A stretch of DNA of 64,000 nucleotides from Blastocystis sp. Blastoise. Its lineage: Eukaryota; Protista; Bigyra: Opalinata. The position numbers and the translations under genes are program-made. Below the pieces are notes generated by a model. That model did no database searches and was not told the DNA's origin. It saw only the letters and a list, made by a program, of their open reading frames with translations. Location: the NCBI GenBank assembly GCA_039096225.1, contig JBBPEB010000013.1, positions 1,984,001 to 2,048,000 of the forward strand, given 5' to 3'. Numbering within the stretch: the stretch's first letter is position 1; every line of letters begins with the position of its first letter. Of the stretch, positions 1 to 15,755 are shown piece by piece.

Positions 1-411
1 GTTTAATAAATACAGCGTATATATATATAGAATTTAAATACAGTAATACCCTATCTCGAATAATTCTAGCGAATTTATCACAAAAAATGGGATGAAAAAT
101 ATAATCTAGCCTTTTGATGACATGAGATGTGTCAAGTATGTATCCAACGAAAGTATTAATTAATAGATACTTCGTTTTTGATTGGTCTCAATGAACTGAA
201 CACAAAAAAATATATCCAATAATCACTTAGAAAATGTTTGTGTTGAATCGCGGTTTTTATCGACCAAAGTAGGGAAAAATTATCATTTCTTTTACGAATG
301 GAGAACAAATACCTCATTGCAGAAATAATTTTCCTTTTTTGTATAATAAGGATAGTTATATTAGTTTTATGCTATTGAATCTTTGCTGACAGTCGCTAAG
401 GTTGATAAGGA

Positions 412-1121
412 ATGAACAAAATCCCAAGAACTTCCTACAATGAAAAGTCGGAGCCAATCAATTGGCCTTTGATTCTTTGTTTTGCTTTGATTCTCGGAGA
501 TATATGTTTTGTCATTGGCTTTGTGATTTTATTTTCAGAAAATAAGAGAATTCAAACAATGAATTTGTATGTTTTATATTCATAAAGTTGTCCAGAACGA
601 TTCACTTTCTTCATTTTCAATTATAATATATGTATCAATACTTTATTTTAATGTTATTACTATGATAGGTACAATGAACGAGTAGATAATTGGAATTATC
701 ACAGTCGTCAATTGTTTAGGAATGCAGTTATTGAAGCCAGAATCAATGGCAATTCGTTTCAAGTAGATTCGTATAATGATTCCTTTGGTGATTATTATCC
801 TCAACGTGATTCTTGTAATTATGTTGGTGATCCTGGTTGTTTGAGTTCCTTACCTTTATATTATTTAACTAAATATTCAATTCAGAATAAATCAAGTTTT
901 ATACTCAATATTTATACCAAACAAGGTACGATCATGAATACTAATATCACTACATATGAACATTTTCATCGAACAAAAAGAGATATAGGATGCGAAGGAG
1001 CCAGTGTGTATATATATAGTTATATTAATGGATAATTATTATTATAGTTATATAATTATTATTGTTTTTTTTTTATCTTTTTTGACTATTATTTTGTTTT
1101 ATTATAGTATTATAATTTTTA

Positions 1122-1167
<46 letters not shown>

Positions 1168-2233
1168 GACATGTATAAGTAAATGTAAAGAGAACAAGGG
1201 GGAATGGAATGATAATATTAGCCGTTGTTCTATAACAACATACTTACAGAAATTATGCTATAGAATAGGATATAGTAAGGCAACTAGCTCTTTCAAACTA
1301 GATCTACCACCGTATATTTATTGCTTATTATGTTTATTATGTTTATTATGTTTATTATTATTTTTTATAAACTATTTTTATATATTTAAAGAATTATTAT
1401 ATTTTTTATATACTACATTCTATATATATATATATAATGTTATGTATATATATAGAGTATATGCATTGAATGGAGAGACAGAAGGAGAGGGATGTGAATA
1501 TAATACGAAAGGATCATGGAGTAGTAAATATTTCGATACATTTTATCAACCTACTATTAATATTACTGTATATATATATATAAAGATTCATTTATTATGT
1601 TTATTCTTACTCACAATTCTATTTATCTATATATATATATATATAGTTCCGTTATTATGAAGATCCCTTCGTAGTCGCATCTGCTTTAACAACGGGCTGC
1701 TCTTCAAATACAGAGAATATTCACGGTTATTTATGTTTTGGAAAAACAAAAGAACAACAAGATTTATATGCATATATATGCTTAGTTATAGGAAGTCTAG
1801 CAGTATTCACAGAACTCATTTGTTTCTTTCTTGTTTTCTGTATTTATAACAACGTTAAAGATAAACCATCATTTTTACAATTATTCACACTTTCTCGTTT
1901 ACTCCCATGTATATATATATACATATACTTGTTTTATTATATATATATAATTGTTTTTACATTATATATTTTCATTACATTATATATTACCCTTTTTCTA
2001 TTATAGCGGAATCTTTGTCTTCTCTTTCTCCTGAGCAAATCGGCTTATCCCCGCGGGAATCACCTCCTGTGGATGATAAATCATGGTTATTACAATATAA
2101 TAGTGATATGGAGAAACTTCTCGGATTCCCTAAAACACCAGAAGGAGAAGTTATTATAGGTGAAGAAGCAATTCCCGCGGGAGAACCACAAATGATCAGT
2201 CCTTCTACAAGTATATATAATATACAAATATAA
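412..2233 (+). CDS. Two-TM cysteine-rich membrane protein, paralog A (6 exons)
   Basis: Five GT-AG introns join one open frame: N-terminal TM (WPLILCFALILGDICFVIGFVILF), loop motifs YYPQRDSC..GDPGC, C..KC..GEW..C..YLQKLCYR, GCEY, NIT|FRYYEDPF..TGC..CFG, then a second TM. The same motifs occur at 16699-18146 and 19430-20759. Confidence 0.85.
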
Positions 2234-3102
2234 GTTTATTATTATGATTTCTTAATATTATATAGTTATTCTATGTATATATTGTGTTTTTTTAATATTA
2301 TTATATGTTATCATAAACATTTATAAAATTTCCATTCCTCTACTATTATATATCTATATTATTCTCTCTACTTATAAATATTTATTATTCTCTCTCTATA
2401 TATATATTTTCTAGCTTCTTTTCTTCCTTCAGATAATCTCTATGACGTATATATAAGTGGTACTGACGAAGGCATATAATATGTATATAAAATATAATTA
2501 TTTTTCTATTTTGTATGCATATGTATGGAATTCATTCTCTCATATATATATATATCCTTCAAATATTTCCCTTTTCTTTTCGACATATATAAACACATTT
2601 TTTTTTTTTAATATTTTATTAATTTTTCATATTTTCTACTAATTATTTTCTTCTTTTCTATTTTTGGCCTATACTAAATTGTTGATTTTATTTTTATCAT
2701 TCTATGCAAATAAGGTTTGTAACACTTTCTCTTTTGTTTATTAAATATTAAGTTTAAATATTATGAATTATGATCTGTGAGCATTCACAAGAATTTAAAA
2801 TATCTGTCACGTACTAAACGTCACTTGTTTCACCACATAGTATACTAATTTTTCTTTTTTTTCATGTTCCTAAATTTTATTTAGGTCTAAACAATTGTCA
2901 TTTTGTTATTCATCACGTATTACTTTCTTCATGTCCATAAATATTTATAAAAAAAACAATTAAATAAAAAAGATATAAAAGATTGATATTCACGGGAAAC
3001 TTAAAGTTATCAATAGAAAGAGGAAAAACAAATACAATTTTGTTCTTTTCACTTAAATTAATACTTTACGTGTAATTTTCAATTGTTCAACATTTAAAAG
3101 CT

Positions 3103-4559
3103 ATGCCTATTTTGTATACATTATACAGTATCATGTCATTATTATAGATATACTTTAATTGCTCGTGGTGAAGTTGTACTCACGGAATATACTGCTACAA
3201 AGGGTAATTTCCCTACTTTAAGTAGAACACTTCTTAAGAAGATTACTGACAGTGATACCAAAATGTCTTGTGTCTATGAACAGTATCTTTTTTTTCATTT
3301 ATTGTCAAATGTGTTGTTTATCTTTTCTAATACTTCTTTGAATATTACTGTAAACTCTACGATTTTCTGATCTCGATGATAAACTTATTTTATTCTGAAT
3401 TTTTCTAGATATGCCTTTCATTATGTTGTTCACGACGGTATCACTTATTTATGTATGGCCGATAAAGACATGAAACGAAGAATTCCTTTTGCCTATTTGG
3501 ATGATATTCAAGAAATATTTATTGCTAATTATGGCGCTTTAGTAAAAACTGCTTCTGCTGGTGCTATGAACACTGATTTCTCGAAAATACTTAAAGAAAG
3601 AATGGTATTTATTTATGTTTTATTTATTATATTTATTTATGTTTTATTTATTTATTTTTTTATTTATTTATTTATTATATTTAGTTATTTATTTTTTTTT
3701 ATATATATATTTATATATTTATATATATTTAAATCTTTGTCTATTTATAAAAATGATTTTATGTTTACATTTATATAGGAATATTTTAATACTGATAAGA
3801 ATTCTGATGCAATTACTAATGTTCAAGGACAAATTCAAGGAGTAAAAACTGTTATGGTTAATAATATTTGTATACATGTATTATTATGATTATTGTTTTT
3901 ATTGTTATAGTATTCTTATATGTATTATTAGGTATTGTTATTATTATCTTCAAAAATATAGAATTAATATGATTATAATTTTGTTTATTCTATTGTTCCT
4001 AACATAATCATATATATAGCAAAGATCGTTGATAGAGGCGGACTCTTAGAAAATTTAATTGAAAAAAGTGATCAACTTGAAAATCAAACATATACTTTCC
4101 AGAAGGAAGTATACATATACTATTCTATAAGAATATAATAATGGTTAGCCATTATATATATATAATAATATGATAATTGTTATCCATTATATATATATAA
4201 GAATAATTATCCATTATATATATAAGAATATGATAATAATATGATAATAATAATAATTATTATTATATATAGTGTAAAGATGTTAAGAATAAAATGTGTT
4301 GTCAACATTTCAGAATTGTTATTTTAATCGTTATTTTAGTTGTTGTATGTTTTCTTATTGATATTTCTCTATAGAATATATATATACAAATTCTTTCCTT
4401 ATTTAAATCTATATATATATATTCTATTTATTATAATTTACATAATTATAGTTACTTCTCGTTGGCCTTACTATATATGCGTGTGGTGGTTTCCTTCTTC
4501 CAAATTGTCTTCCTTCACAACCATCCAATACGACCGCTCTTTTCGATACTTATTTTTAA
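3103..4559 (+). CDS. VAMP7: Longin R-SNARE, VAMP7 family (7 exons)
   Basis: MPILYTLIARGEVVLTEY longin start; YAFHYVVHDGITYLCMADKDMKRRIPFAYLDDI; SNARE coil VKTVMVNNISKIVDRG; C-terminal TM ending CGGF..PNC. All introns GT-AG. Confidence 0.95.
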
Positions 4560-4969
4560 ATATAATCTATACAAATATTCATTATTCTTCTCTACTAATT
4601 ATTTTTTTATTTAGTTTTTATTTCATTCATATATTGTTTCTCTGACATTTCTAACTATATATTTTTTAATTTTTAAAACAGAATAATACATTCATTTTTA
4701 TTTCTTTTTGTAAAATACCAATTATTTTTATGTAATAGAACCACAAATATGTTAATATAATTGGGAATGATAACTATAGATAAATAAAAACTTGACTATT
4801 TAAAAAATTAATTATTTTGTTTACGAATTATTTGATAAAAATGGAAATATGTAGAAACTCAATGTACTTACATCATTTACAAAGACTAACCAATAATCAG
4901 GATTTCTTTTTTTGCTGGTTTTTTCTAATTTGTGTTGAATTCTTGTTTTCATTGATTTCTTCTTATAAA

Positions 4970-7230
4970 ATGTCACTAGAAAACAGTAATAAATTAAATT
5001 TTACAAGTCTTCTACTTAGTTACAAATTAAAGCGTACTGTTGAAGGTTTTATTTGTCCTTTTTGTCCTAATTCAAAACCAAAAAATGTAACAAGACTTCG
5101 AAGACACTTGACTATGCATTATCGCAACAACCCGAACGGTTTAGGTACATATACGAAGCTCTGTCAAATTGCTGCTTTAATACAAAATCAAAAAGATGGT
5201 GTTGTTGAACAAAATAATGGAGTACCTACAAATAATGCTACTAATTCTATACCTTCCAATGCTGTTCTTTGTGTTACTCCAGAGGAAGAATTACAAAAGT
5301 TGTTTGTGTTGTCTTTGATTTCGTCAAGTATTCCATTTACATTTGGTGAGAATGAATATATAAAACAAGTATTTACTCATATTGGCTTTCGTATACCGAC
5401 TGAAAAATCTATATTAGATATGTTAATAAATAATATATATGAAGATACATATAAACAAGTAATGAATATTATTAATGACTCAAATAATCTATTTTTATGT
5501 TTTGATGGTATATATTATTTATAGAGTTAGTATATAGATATTATATGTATATTTTATAATATTATCTATATACTATTTTATAATATTATCTATATACTAT
5601 TTTATAATATTATCTATATACTATTTTATAATATTATCTATATACTATTTTATAATATTATCTATATACTATTTTATAATATTATCTATATACTATTTTA
5701 TAATATAATCTATATACTATTTTATAATATTATTTATATACTATTATATAAACTATAGGAACTAAAGATATATCTGGACAAGATTATTTTAATGTAATTG
5801 TCCTAGTGAATAATATTCCATTCTTCTATAAATTATATGATATTTCGAAAGATACTGAGAATACTCAAGATATGTCGTTATTAATCGATAAGATTCGAGA
5901 TGAAATTGGTAAAGATCATATTCAAGGTATTCTTTATGACATTTGTCCCATGAATATTTTATATAAACAATATCAAAAAGCTATTACAAAGAATCTCGTT
6001 CCTGAATCTGTGATTTCTTCTTATTCTTCTTATCAAGAAACTAATAAAGATATTAATTCTTCTTCTATTCCTCCCCCTATAACAAAGCCAATTGCAAATA
6101 CTGAAATAGAAGCATTGTGTGAATTCAGTGATAATTTTTATGAATTTGAAGAAGAAATTCATTCATTAGAAACAGTTCTAGAAGAATCTAAAGATAGAAT
6201 TATAGATAAAACATATTTTTCATATAATCTTGAAGATGAGTTTATATCTTTTGCTTGTAGTTCACATCAATTTGAATTAGTTTTAACAAATATTCTAAGT
6301 TCTACTACTTTTATTAATAATAGTTATATGCCAATAAAGAAGTGTCTTCAGAATATTGTTTCGATTATTCGTGAGTTTAATACGAATTCATTATATAGAA
6401 GTTATTTAATCGATGAAAATAATACTTCTTCTTCTTCTACTACTACTATTCCATCTCTTCCTTTGAATATGAAATGGTGGTCTTATTATTCATGTGTTAA
6501 TTGGATAGACAAAAATAAAGAGAAAATACTTGAAATTAGCAATAATTATGATTTAGGAAATGAAATTACTTCAATTATAAAAAATAATACTTTTATCAAT
6601 AGTATAAAACCAATAGTGTCTATTCTTAATATATTTCATGATACTATATTCAATTTAGAAAGAGATCAAGTATATTTAGGTGATATTTATGAAAGTTATT
6701 TAACTCTTCTTGAACAATCAAAAACTGATTGTTTTTCTCCTTACGATTCTATTGTTTCTACTATTCTTCAAAAACATGAATATTCATTTTCTCAAGGTAT
6801 ATATCAATTAGCTTTCTGTTTAGATAAAAAGAATTTTACAAAAGTTGCTGATAATATCGATTTAATTGAAAATGTATGTGAATATTTAGATTCTTTAGGA
6901 GAAAAAGGATCTATATATAGAAGAAGTTTTACTCAATATATAACAAATACTAATGAATATAGATCAAGTAGAACATATAGTATATATCTACATGAAACTA
7001 TGACAACAAATCGTGAGTTTTGGAGTTTATATCATACACTTCCTATTTCTCATATGGCGCTATTATTTTGTGATTGTCCACATTCAACAGCGTCATCTCA
7101 ACAAATTTGGAATGATTTATATATTACTATAAAACATTCAAAAAATAAAATATCAAATTCTATATTAGAAAAAATTTTATTTGTTTATATTAACCTTCGA
7201 TCTTTAGAAACATTTCACAAAATGGTATAA
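4970..7230 (+). CDS. hAT-transposase-derived protein (Zn finger + DUF659-like + hATC-like C-terminus), probably domesticated
   Basis: CPFC..RRHLTMH zinc finger; IPFTFGENEY; LCFDG|TKD; CSSH (CxxH); KWWSY; CPHSTASSQQIW...LEKILFVYINLR. One intron at 5508-5758; no TIRs seen. Confidence 0.8.
5549..5745. repeat. Intronic minisatellite, 24-bp unit tactattttataatattatctata, about 8 copies
   Basis: Direct tandem copies inside the hAT-gene intron. Confidence 0.9.
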
Positions 7231-8034
7231 TTGTCACTTAATTGATGATTATAAATGATCCTATTATATTTTTTAATCTAATTTCAATTTATCTTTCTGT
7301 CTATATATTATCAAAGTATAAATGGTCTGTATTCTATTCGTTGTAAACTATTTTTTCTTGAATCACTTATTTTGTTTTGTTTTTATTCTTTTCATAATGA
7401 GTAGTTATCTAATTATTGATTTTCATCCTTCAAAAAAAATATAAGATCTATTACTTATTTCATAAGACTTGTTTTAAATAATTCTTTTTATAGTTAAAAA
7501 ATAAGACGTTTCTATTTGTTGAAAAATACTTTTATTTGACTTCAATGAGCTTTTATATAATATGTATATGTTTTTATATATTATTTAAAGGAGATGTTTA
7601 GAAATGATTGTCGATTCATTATTAGACAAGTGAATATATCATTTCATACACATCTACTTGATATCAGTAAAAATAAAACAGCTTTTCTCTTAAAAATAAA
7701 CTCTCTATAATGTATAATTGAAGAAATATATTTTTTCACTTGTTACAAATATCTATATCAGTATACTACACATATCTTTCATATCACCCTACATAAGTTA
7801 GACTTAATTATGTTGAATTTTCAAGGTGATTTATTTCTCAAAGAGAAATATATGGAAAAAAGAGAGCAATTTCTAGTGATTTCTTATAGAGAATAATAAA
7901 ATTTTCTTGATTCTCGTTTTTTTTTAAATCAATTGTTTTTTCTTTAATTTGATTTCTCTATTGATCAGGTATTTGTTATTTATTTTTACATTTGTTGTGA
8001 CACATAATCTGTATAGTTTTTTCCAAAAATAACA

Positions 8035-8975
8035 ATGGATAGTAGTCAGCAATCAAATTCTTCAACGTTTGATATAGATTATATCAAGAGAAAGGAGATG
8101 GAGAAGTTTATGACTGAGGAAGAAAGAATTGAAGCTGCTCGTATGGCTGCAATTGCAGAAAAAGCAGAACGAAGAGCTCAACAGAAACGTACAACATCTA
8201 CATTAGTTCCATCTTCTATTGTTCCACCTAAACCAAAACAAATTGAATCTGCTTCATCAAAACCAAATACATCTAATACCGACTCTGCAATTCCTAAAAT
8301 TGTATTTAAAACAAAAGCTCAACGAGAAAAAGAAAAACAAGAATTATTAAATAAATCGTCTAAGGATTCTTCTAAAGGAAGTTCTAAAGAATCATCTCGC
8401 CATTCTACTCGAACTTCTTCTCGTTCTACTTATGAATATAATGATATCCCTTCAAAAACTAATATAGTGAAGGAAAACAATAATACTCAAATAGAAAGGT
8501 ATATATATTTGTTTTTATTGTTTTTATTGTTTTTATTTATTTATTTTATTTGTTTTTTATTTGTTTTTTATTTATTTTATTTATTTTATTTATTTTATTT
8601 ATTTTATTTATTTTATTTATTTTATTTATTTTATTTATTTTATTTGTTTTATTTATTTTATTTGTTTTTTATTTATTTTATTAATTTTATTTATTTATTT
8701 ATTTATTTATTTATTTTTTGTTTACATATTTTATTTATTTATTTATTAATCTATATAGTAACGATACTCCTGAGAAGAATATTATGCAGGAAATAATTCG
8801 AAAACAATATTTCGGAGAAGAAGAAATAAAGAAGCTGAGAAAACCTTCAGAAACTTTCAGACGTAAACCTATGTTTTGGGACGATAGCGAAGATACAAGC
8901 GAAACACTCGACCCTCTATATAGTAATATTCCTAAACCTACCTTGGCGTTTGGAAAAGGATATATTGTATGGAAA

Positions 8976-9046
<71 letters not shown>

Positions 9047-9047
9047 A

Positions 9048-9120
<73 letters not shown>

Positions 9121-9850
9121 ATATATAGGGAGGTGTCGATATGAAGAAGCAGCGTCAGGAGTGTGATTATATCGATAAACTTGTTCAACTACGAAAACAG
9201 AGTGGTTTAACAATTAATAATTTGGAACGTTTAAAGGAGAGTGTTTTAAAGAAGCAGGACGATCTCGATCAAACAGTATATATATTAATCATAATCATAA
9301 TAATCATAATAATAGTTATATATATTCTCCCTATTTTCCTCTATAGCATAGTGCTGCTAGTTCGCAAGCCAAAGGCATGAATTGGGAAGAGAAGAAACTG
9401 GAAGATATGACAAAGAGAGATTGGAATGTATTCAGAACACAAAAAGAAATTAAAATACAAGTATATATATATATATATATATAATTCTATTCATTTATTC
9501 TTTATATAATAGAGTATGTTTATGAATGTATTATACATACAATATTTTATTTGTGATTTATTTCTATATAGGGATCACGTGATATTCCTCCAATCAGATA
9601 CTGGTCTGACGGTATGTTTAGTGATTATATAAAGAAAGCTCTCGAAGACATGAAGTATATATATATATATATAGAATAATGTTACTATAATATATATAGA
9701 ATAATGTTACTATACTATATATATAAATAGGTTTGCTTCTCCCACTTCTATTCAGTCGCAGACTATTCCTATCGGATTAGCACACCGAGACCTAATTGGT
9801 ATCGCTCAAACAGGGTCGGGTAAAACAGTAGCCTTCCTGGTTCCTCTACT

Positions 9851-9893
<43 letters not shown>

Positions 9894-10000
9894 ATTATTA
9901 TTATTTTGTTATGTTTATATATAAAGTATGATGAATACATATATTTCTTGATATATACATATATATATGAAGAGAAATCTCGTCCTTATTCTGATCTTTA

Positions 10001-10099
<99 letters not shown>

Positions 10100-10732
10100 T
10101 TATATATATAGATATATATTGGATGTCCCTTTAGATCTTCGTATCCGTACAAAAACCGATGGTCCTCTTGCTATTATAATGGCTCCTACACGTGAACTGG
10201 CTAAACAGATTAATAATGACTTGAAAAACTTATCGAAATATTGTTTTACGGAGGGAATTGAAAAGCAAAGAGATCCTTATATTAAATCTGTATATATATA
10301 TATATATATATATATTATTATTTATTGTTTATTTTGATATTATATTATATATATATTTATTTATTGTTTCCTTTATATATGTTCTATAATATAGAGTGAC
10401 TATAACTATAACTATGTATATATATATAGTTATGTATAATAGGTGGAGAGTCTATAATAGAGCAGAGCAGTTATATGCAGATGGGAATTGATATTATAGT
10501 GAGCACTCCAGGAAGAATATCAGAAGCACTTCAAAAACGATATATAGTATTAAATCAGTGTAATTATATAGTTTTAGATGAAGCAGATAGAATGATTGAT
10601 ATGGGATTCGAAAAATATGTACGTGAAGTTATAGACAGTATGGGTAGTTTATTAAAAGCGGACGATGAAGATCAAATCGATCAACAACTGGCGACAGAAC
10701 AACACAAATACCAATATCGTACTACTGTTATG

Positions 10733-10804
<72 letters not shown>

Positions 10805-11602
10805 ATTAATATTAATATATTTATATATTAAAATGGATATATATTTATTTACTATGAATATACTAAATAGTATACTATTATAAGCTTATTAAATAGTATA
10901 ATATAAAAAATTATCTGTTACTCTTACTTTATATATTATCACAAATCTATTATATATATATATAAAGGTTTTCCGCTACTATGGCTAAAGAAGTTGAATC
11001 CCTCGCGAAGAGTTACTTACGTTGTCCAATAACCGTTATGATTGGTGATTTCTCACGAAGTGTGAACGTTAACATTCAACAGATTGTACGATTTATCAAA
11101 GAAGAACAGAAGATGAAGAATATTACAAAGGTATATATATATATGTATTATTATTATTATTAGTATTATTATGTTTATTATTATTATGTTTATTATTATT
11201 ATGTTTATTATTATTAGTATTATATGTATATATAGTGGATACAAACAGAGAAGCCCCCGATTATTATATTTGCGAACAACAAGGGACAAGTCGATTTCAT
11301 ATATAAACAAATCAGACAATCAGGAAGATCGTATATATATATATAGTTATATTTATACTCTTTCTCTTATTCTATATATATATAGTTATAGTTATATTCT
11401 TTCTCTTATTCTATATATATAGCTATTTTATACTCTTTCTCGTATTCTATATATATATATAGTGTAGTATCATTACATAGTGGCAAGTCGCAGGATGAAA
11501 GAGAGGATGCGTTGGAGTCATTTAAACGCGGGGAATTCGATATTTTGGTCGCTACAGATGTTGCTGCTAGAGGCCTTGATATTAAAGGAGTATATATATA
11601 TA

Positions 11603-11685
<83 letters not shown>

Positions 11686-11755
11686 GGTTAGTTTGGTTAT
11701 TAATTATGATATGCCGACAGAAATTGAACGATATATTCATCGTATCGGACGTATG

Positions 11756-11812
<57 letters not shown>

Positions 11813-12037
11813 CTCTATATAATAATATATTTATATATAGGTACCGGTCGTGCTGGATTGGATGGTAAAGCCGTTACATTTGTAACAGAAAATGATGATA
11901 AGATGTATGTAGAATTAACGCGATATCTCTTGAAGACTAAACAGCGAGTCCCGCGGGAATTAGAGAATAATCAGAATGTTCGTGATCAATTAGGAGCAGA
12001 ATTAGGAATGAATAACCAAGATATTGTCTATAACTAA
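8035..12037 (+). CDS. DDX23: DEAD-box splicing helicase Prp28/DDX23 (13 exons)
   Basis: [13 protein letters not shown] and [14 protein letters not shown] (Prp28-specific), Q motif, [54 protein letters not shown]. Intron 6 is non-canonical (see findings). Confidence 0.95.
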
Positions 12038-13024
12038 TATATATATATATATTCATATATCTTTTCTGATCTTATTTTATATTTTCATTTCATTTTTAAT
12101 AAAATATTTTGTTTGATAATAAGAAGAAGAGTTGTATAAAGTGATTCTGTAATATTTTATTTTTAGATGCTTATTTGTCTATTTCAAAAATATAATATTA
12201 TAATATGTATACAGATTGTTATTGAATAAATAATATATAATTGAGATATGAGCAATCTAATAAATAGCATTATTCCATGAACATATATGTGAATCGTTTA
12301 TTATGCATTGTTATCCAGTAATAACAGCATAGCAACTCATTATCAAGACAATAATTGAACGATCTTCACTTTTAATATAGAAAATTACAAAGTGAACACT
12401 TGCCATTAATCCACAATATATGCAAATAAGATTCTACTTATGTTTGATCAACAAATATATTTCATTTAATACTAATTCACATCATTGACAAAAATCATAA
12501 CTGTTTTCAAATCACGATAAATGTAAATAAACTATTATAAGATTCATATATCAGTAACACAAATATGGATATTTAAATTCATGATTTATTTAGATTAAAT
12601 AAGAATATCAATGATCAATGATATAATGATACAGAATACTAGTTTTCAAATATTAAAAAATGCGTCTAATTACTAGATCTATAAATTGTACCTCATTTAG
12701 ATTCCGATTCTTTTTAAAAAGTTATAAAATGGGAAAGAATAGCACATGTGTCTTCAATGAATCATATTTTTGAATATATTAAAGGTTGTGTCATTCTTTC
12801 AGCACCTCATTTAATATCTTCATTCATCATATACTTACAGAAATATTGTGTGAATAGAAAAATTTAAATATTTTTTCTTTTTCTTCTAAAAGATTATAAA
12901 ATAATTACGAAACTATTGAAAAACACACTTCAAAATTAATAATTTTCCACTTTTTTAGAAAAGAGATATTTGTATTTTCTATTCTAAATTGAGCGGAGTG
13001 AGTTGCGTATCTATATATGTCAAT

Positions 13025-15282
13025 ATGCCAGAAAGTATTTTTTTCTATGTTCGTTTTGTTGTTGTTCCATTACTTGCAATACTGATATATCGATATCAAT
13101 TTCGTCATGAGAACTTTTTTGATTCTCTTTGGAAAAGAAACGTAGTATATATTTATGAAATTTGAGTATTATAGAAAACTCTAGTCCACTGAATTTCTCT
13201 CTTCAAAAACAAATTATCCTACTGTTGTCAATGATGTATATTTTTCTTTTATGCATTTCGATTGTATATTAAATTCTCATCATATAGGCTTCTCGACCTG
13301 AAGAATATGAATTAATTGGATTTGAAGGTATATTTCGTCATGGAACACGTCATCTTGGGTCTGCAAAGAAAGGAAAGAAATATCATGACTTTTTTAAAAA
13401 GATTTGTATGTTTGTTATTTGAATATTATATTTCTATGTCATTCAATGGAATAAGATATCATTTTTTTTTTTGAATTATTATTAATTTATTGAAATTTTT
13501 CCTTATTTAGATAAAAGAGGTATATGGTTAGATCCTAAGATATTTGAGTATTTGGATGCTTTTGAAACTGAGGAATCTTTGGAAGCAGGAAATATATGTC
13601 AAGTAGGTCGAGATGAAGCAAATGCGATTTCAAAACGATTTATAAAACGATGGGAATCTTCTTTAGAAAATAGGTCTATATATACAGAATATACATATAA
13701 AGATAGAACAAAGCAAACACATAATATATTTATAGGTATTTATTATTATTTTGTATAGTTTTATTTGTCTATATATGTTATTTTTAATTAATTTTTTATA
13801 TATTTTTTTTATATATCTATATATGTTATTTTGTTTATTGAATATATATAGTGTTATTTATCTATATATTATGATTATTGATTATTTATATATTCTATTG
13901 ATTTATTTATCTATATATATTATGATTATGTATATACAAACTATATTTTATTATTCCCTAGATAATTTGAGTAATGTAAAGAATGTGAGTATATCAACAG
14001 AAGAGGTTCCAAAATGTGACGAAGCCATTGCATATAGTGATAAACAGCATTATAGCTTATTACGCTTTTATGATACGTGTAATGTATATAGTTAGCTTTT
14101 ATGGCTATTGAGATTGATATCATTATATATATATGTTTATGTTCCTTTTTAATATTTATAAATATATTTATTATTATATAAATAGAATAAGAAATGATTT
14201 ATTTATTTATACTATATATATATATAGGCTTATAATGATTATCAAAGACGTATGAAACGTACTTCTATAGTATATGATTATATATATAATGAAAAGAAGA
14301 ATTATATTCAAAACCCCGTGGTTCTTCCGTATGTTTCCTACCCTAGAATGGAAAGTTATATATATGAGAAAGTGGAAAGAGAATCCCGAGAGAGACAAAC
14401 CACTTGGAGCAGTGATATTCATATAGATATTGAAAGGAAGAAAGAAGAATATTTATGGAAGATTATTGATAACTTATATAAAGTGTGCCAAATTGAAGTA
14501 TATAGTGATTATTATTATGTTTATTATTGTCTGCTTTATTTGTTATTATTATATGTTTATTATTATTGTATTTATTATTATTATATTTATTATATTTATA
14601 TTTATTATATTTATATTTATTATTATTATATTTATATTTATTATTATATTTATTATATTTATATATATTATTTTTATATTTATTATATTTATATATATTA
14701 TTTTTATATTTATTATGATTATATTTATTCTTATTATTCTAATTATATATATGTTATTCTATATATATAGTCATCATGTTATCATATATATAATCATACG
14801 TGTTCCTATTTACAAGTTGAAATTCCCGTGAAATACAAACAATATATTACTACAAAACACAATTCGTTTCCCCTTATTTACGTTATTAGTCGTTTCCATG
14901 ATGTGAAACAGTATTTCAAAAAGGGCCCCAGTAATGGGTATAATATAAAGATGTCCTGTAATTTAGTAAATACCCTAGTTGCAAATACATTAAGTTATGT
15001 CATTCAACACGCCGAAAGCCATGAACAACCTCAATCTGAAATTCATCATTATATTTCTTTATATAATTTATATGAATTCCCCATAGATATTCACGGGAAT
15101 ATACCGTTATTAAATCATACGATTCATCTTCAATTTTCACACGCAGAGACACTCTTCTCTTTATATTCATTATTAGTATACATATAGTATTCTGTTTAAT
15201 GTTATTATATATATTATTATGTTTAGTGTTATTATATTATTATTATGTTTAGTGTTATTATATTATTATGTTTAGTGTTATT

Positions 15283-15314
<32 letters not shown>

Positions 15315-15707
15315 GAACATTACAGATACTCATCCTCCTACTCTTATTAACCCTTCCTCCTATCCTGTCAATTATTACTTTGCTATGTCGTCTAATATAC
15401 AACTAGAAATGTATATAGAAATATATATTATTGTAGTTATTCTATTCATTATATTTATATTCTATTCATTATACATTATATAAACTATACTCTATTCATT
15501 ATATAAACTATATTCTATTCATTATATATTATATTCTATTCATTATATATTATATAAACTATACTCTATTCATTATATATAATATAGTTTATATTGTGCT
15601 TCATGTGATACAAATTCTCATTATTCGATTCGAATTCTTATTAACGAAGTACCTTGGTTTATTCCTTATAAAGAATGTATCAATCAAGAGTATATTCTAT
15701 ATATAAA

Positions 15708-15755
<48 letters not shown>

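Noticed and set aside
3283-3408. U12-type intron in VAMP7 (GTATCTTT donor)
   Set aside because: One mismatch from GTATCCTT, no clear TCCTTAAC branch point, and GTAT starts most introns here.
8561-9213. Poly-I, poly-L, poly-Y, poly-N and FIY-repeat ORFs in the ORF track (also at 14430, 24534, 37257 and elsewhere)
   Set aside because: Translations of intronic (TAT)n/(AT)n microsatellites, not proteins.
12200-12900. Moderately complex intergenic sequence that might be a decayed ORF or ncRNA
   Set aside because: No recognisable motif, open frame or structure; no tRNA or rRNA was seen anywhere in the window.
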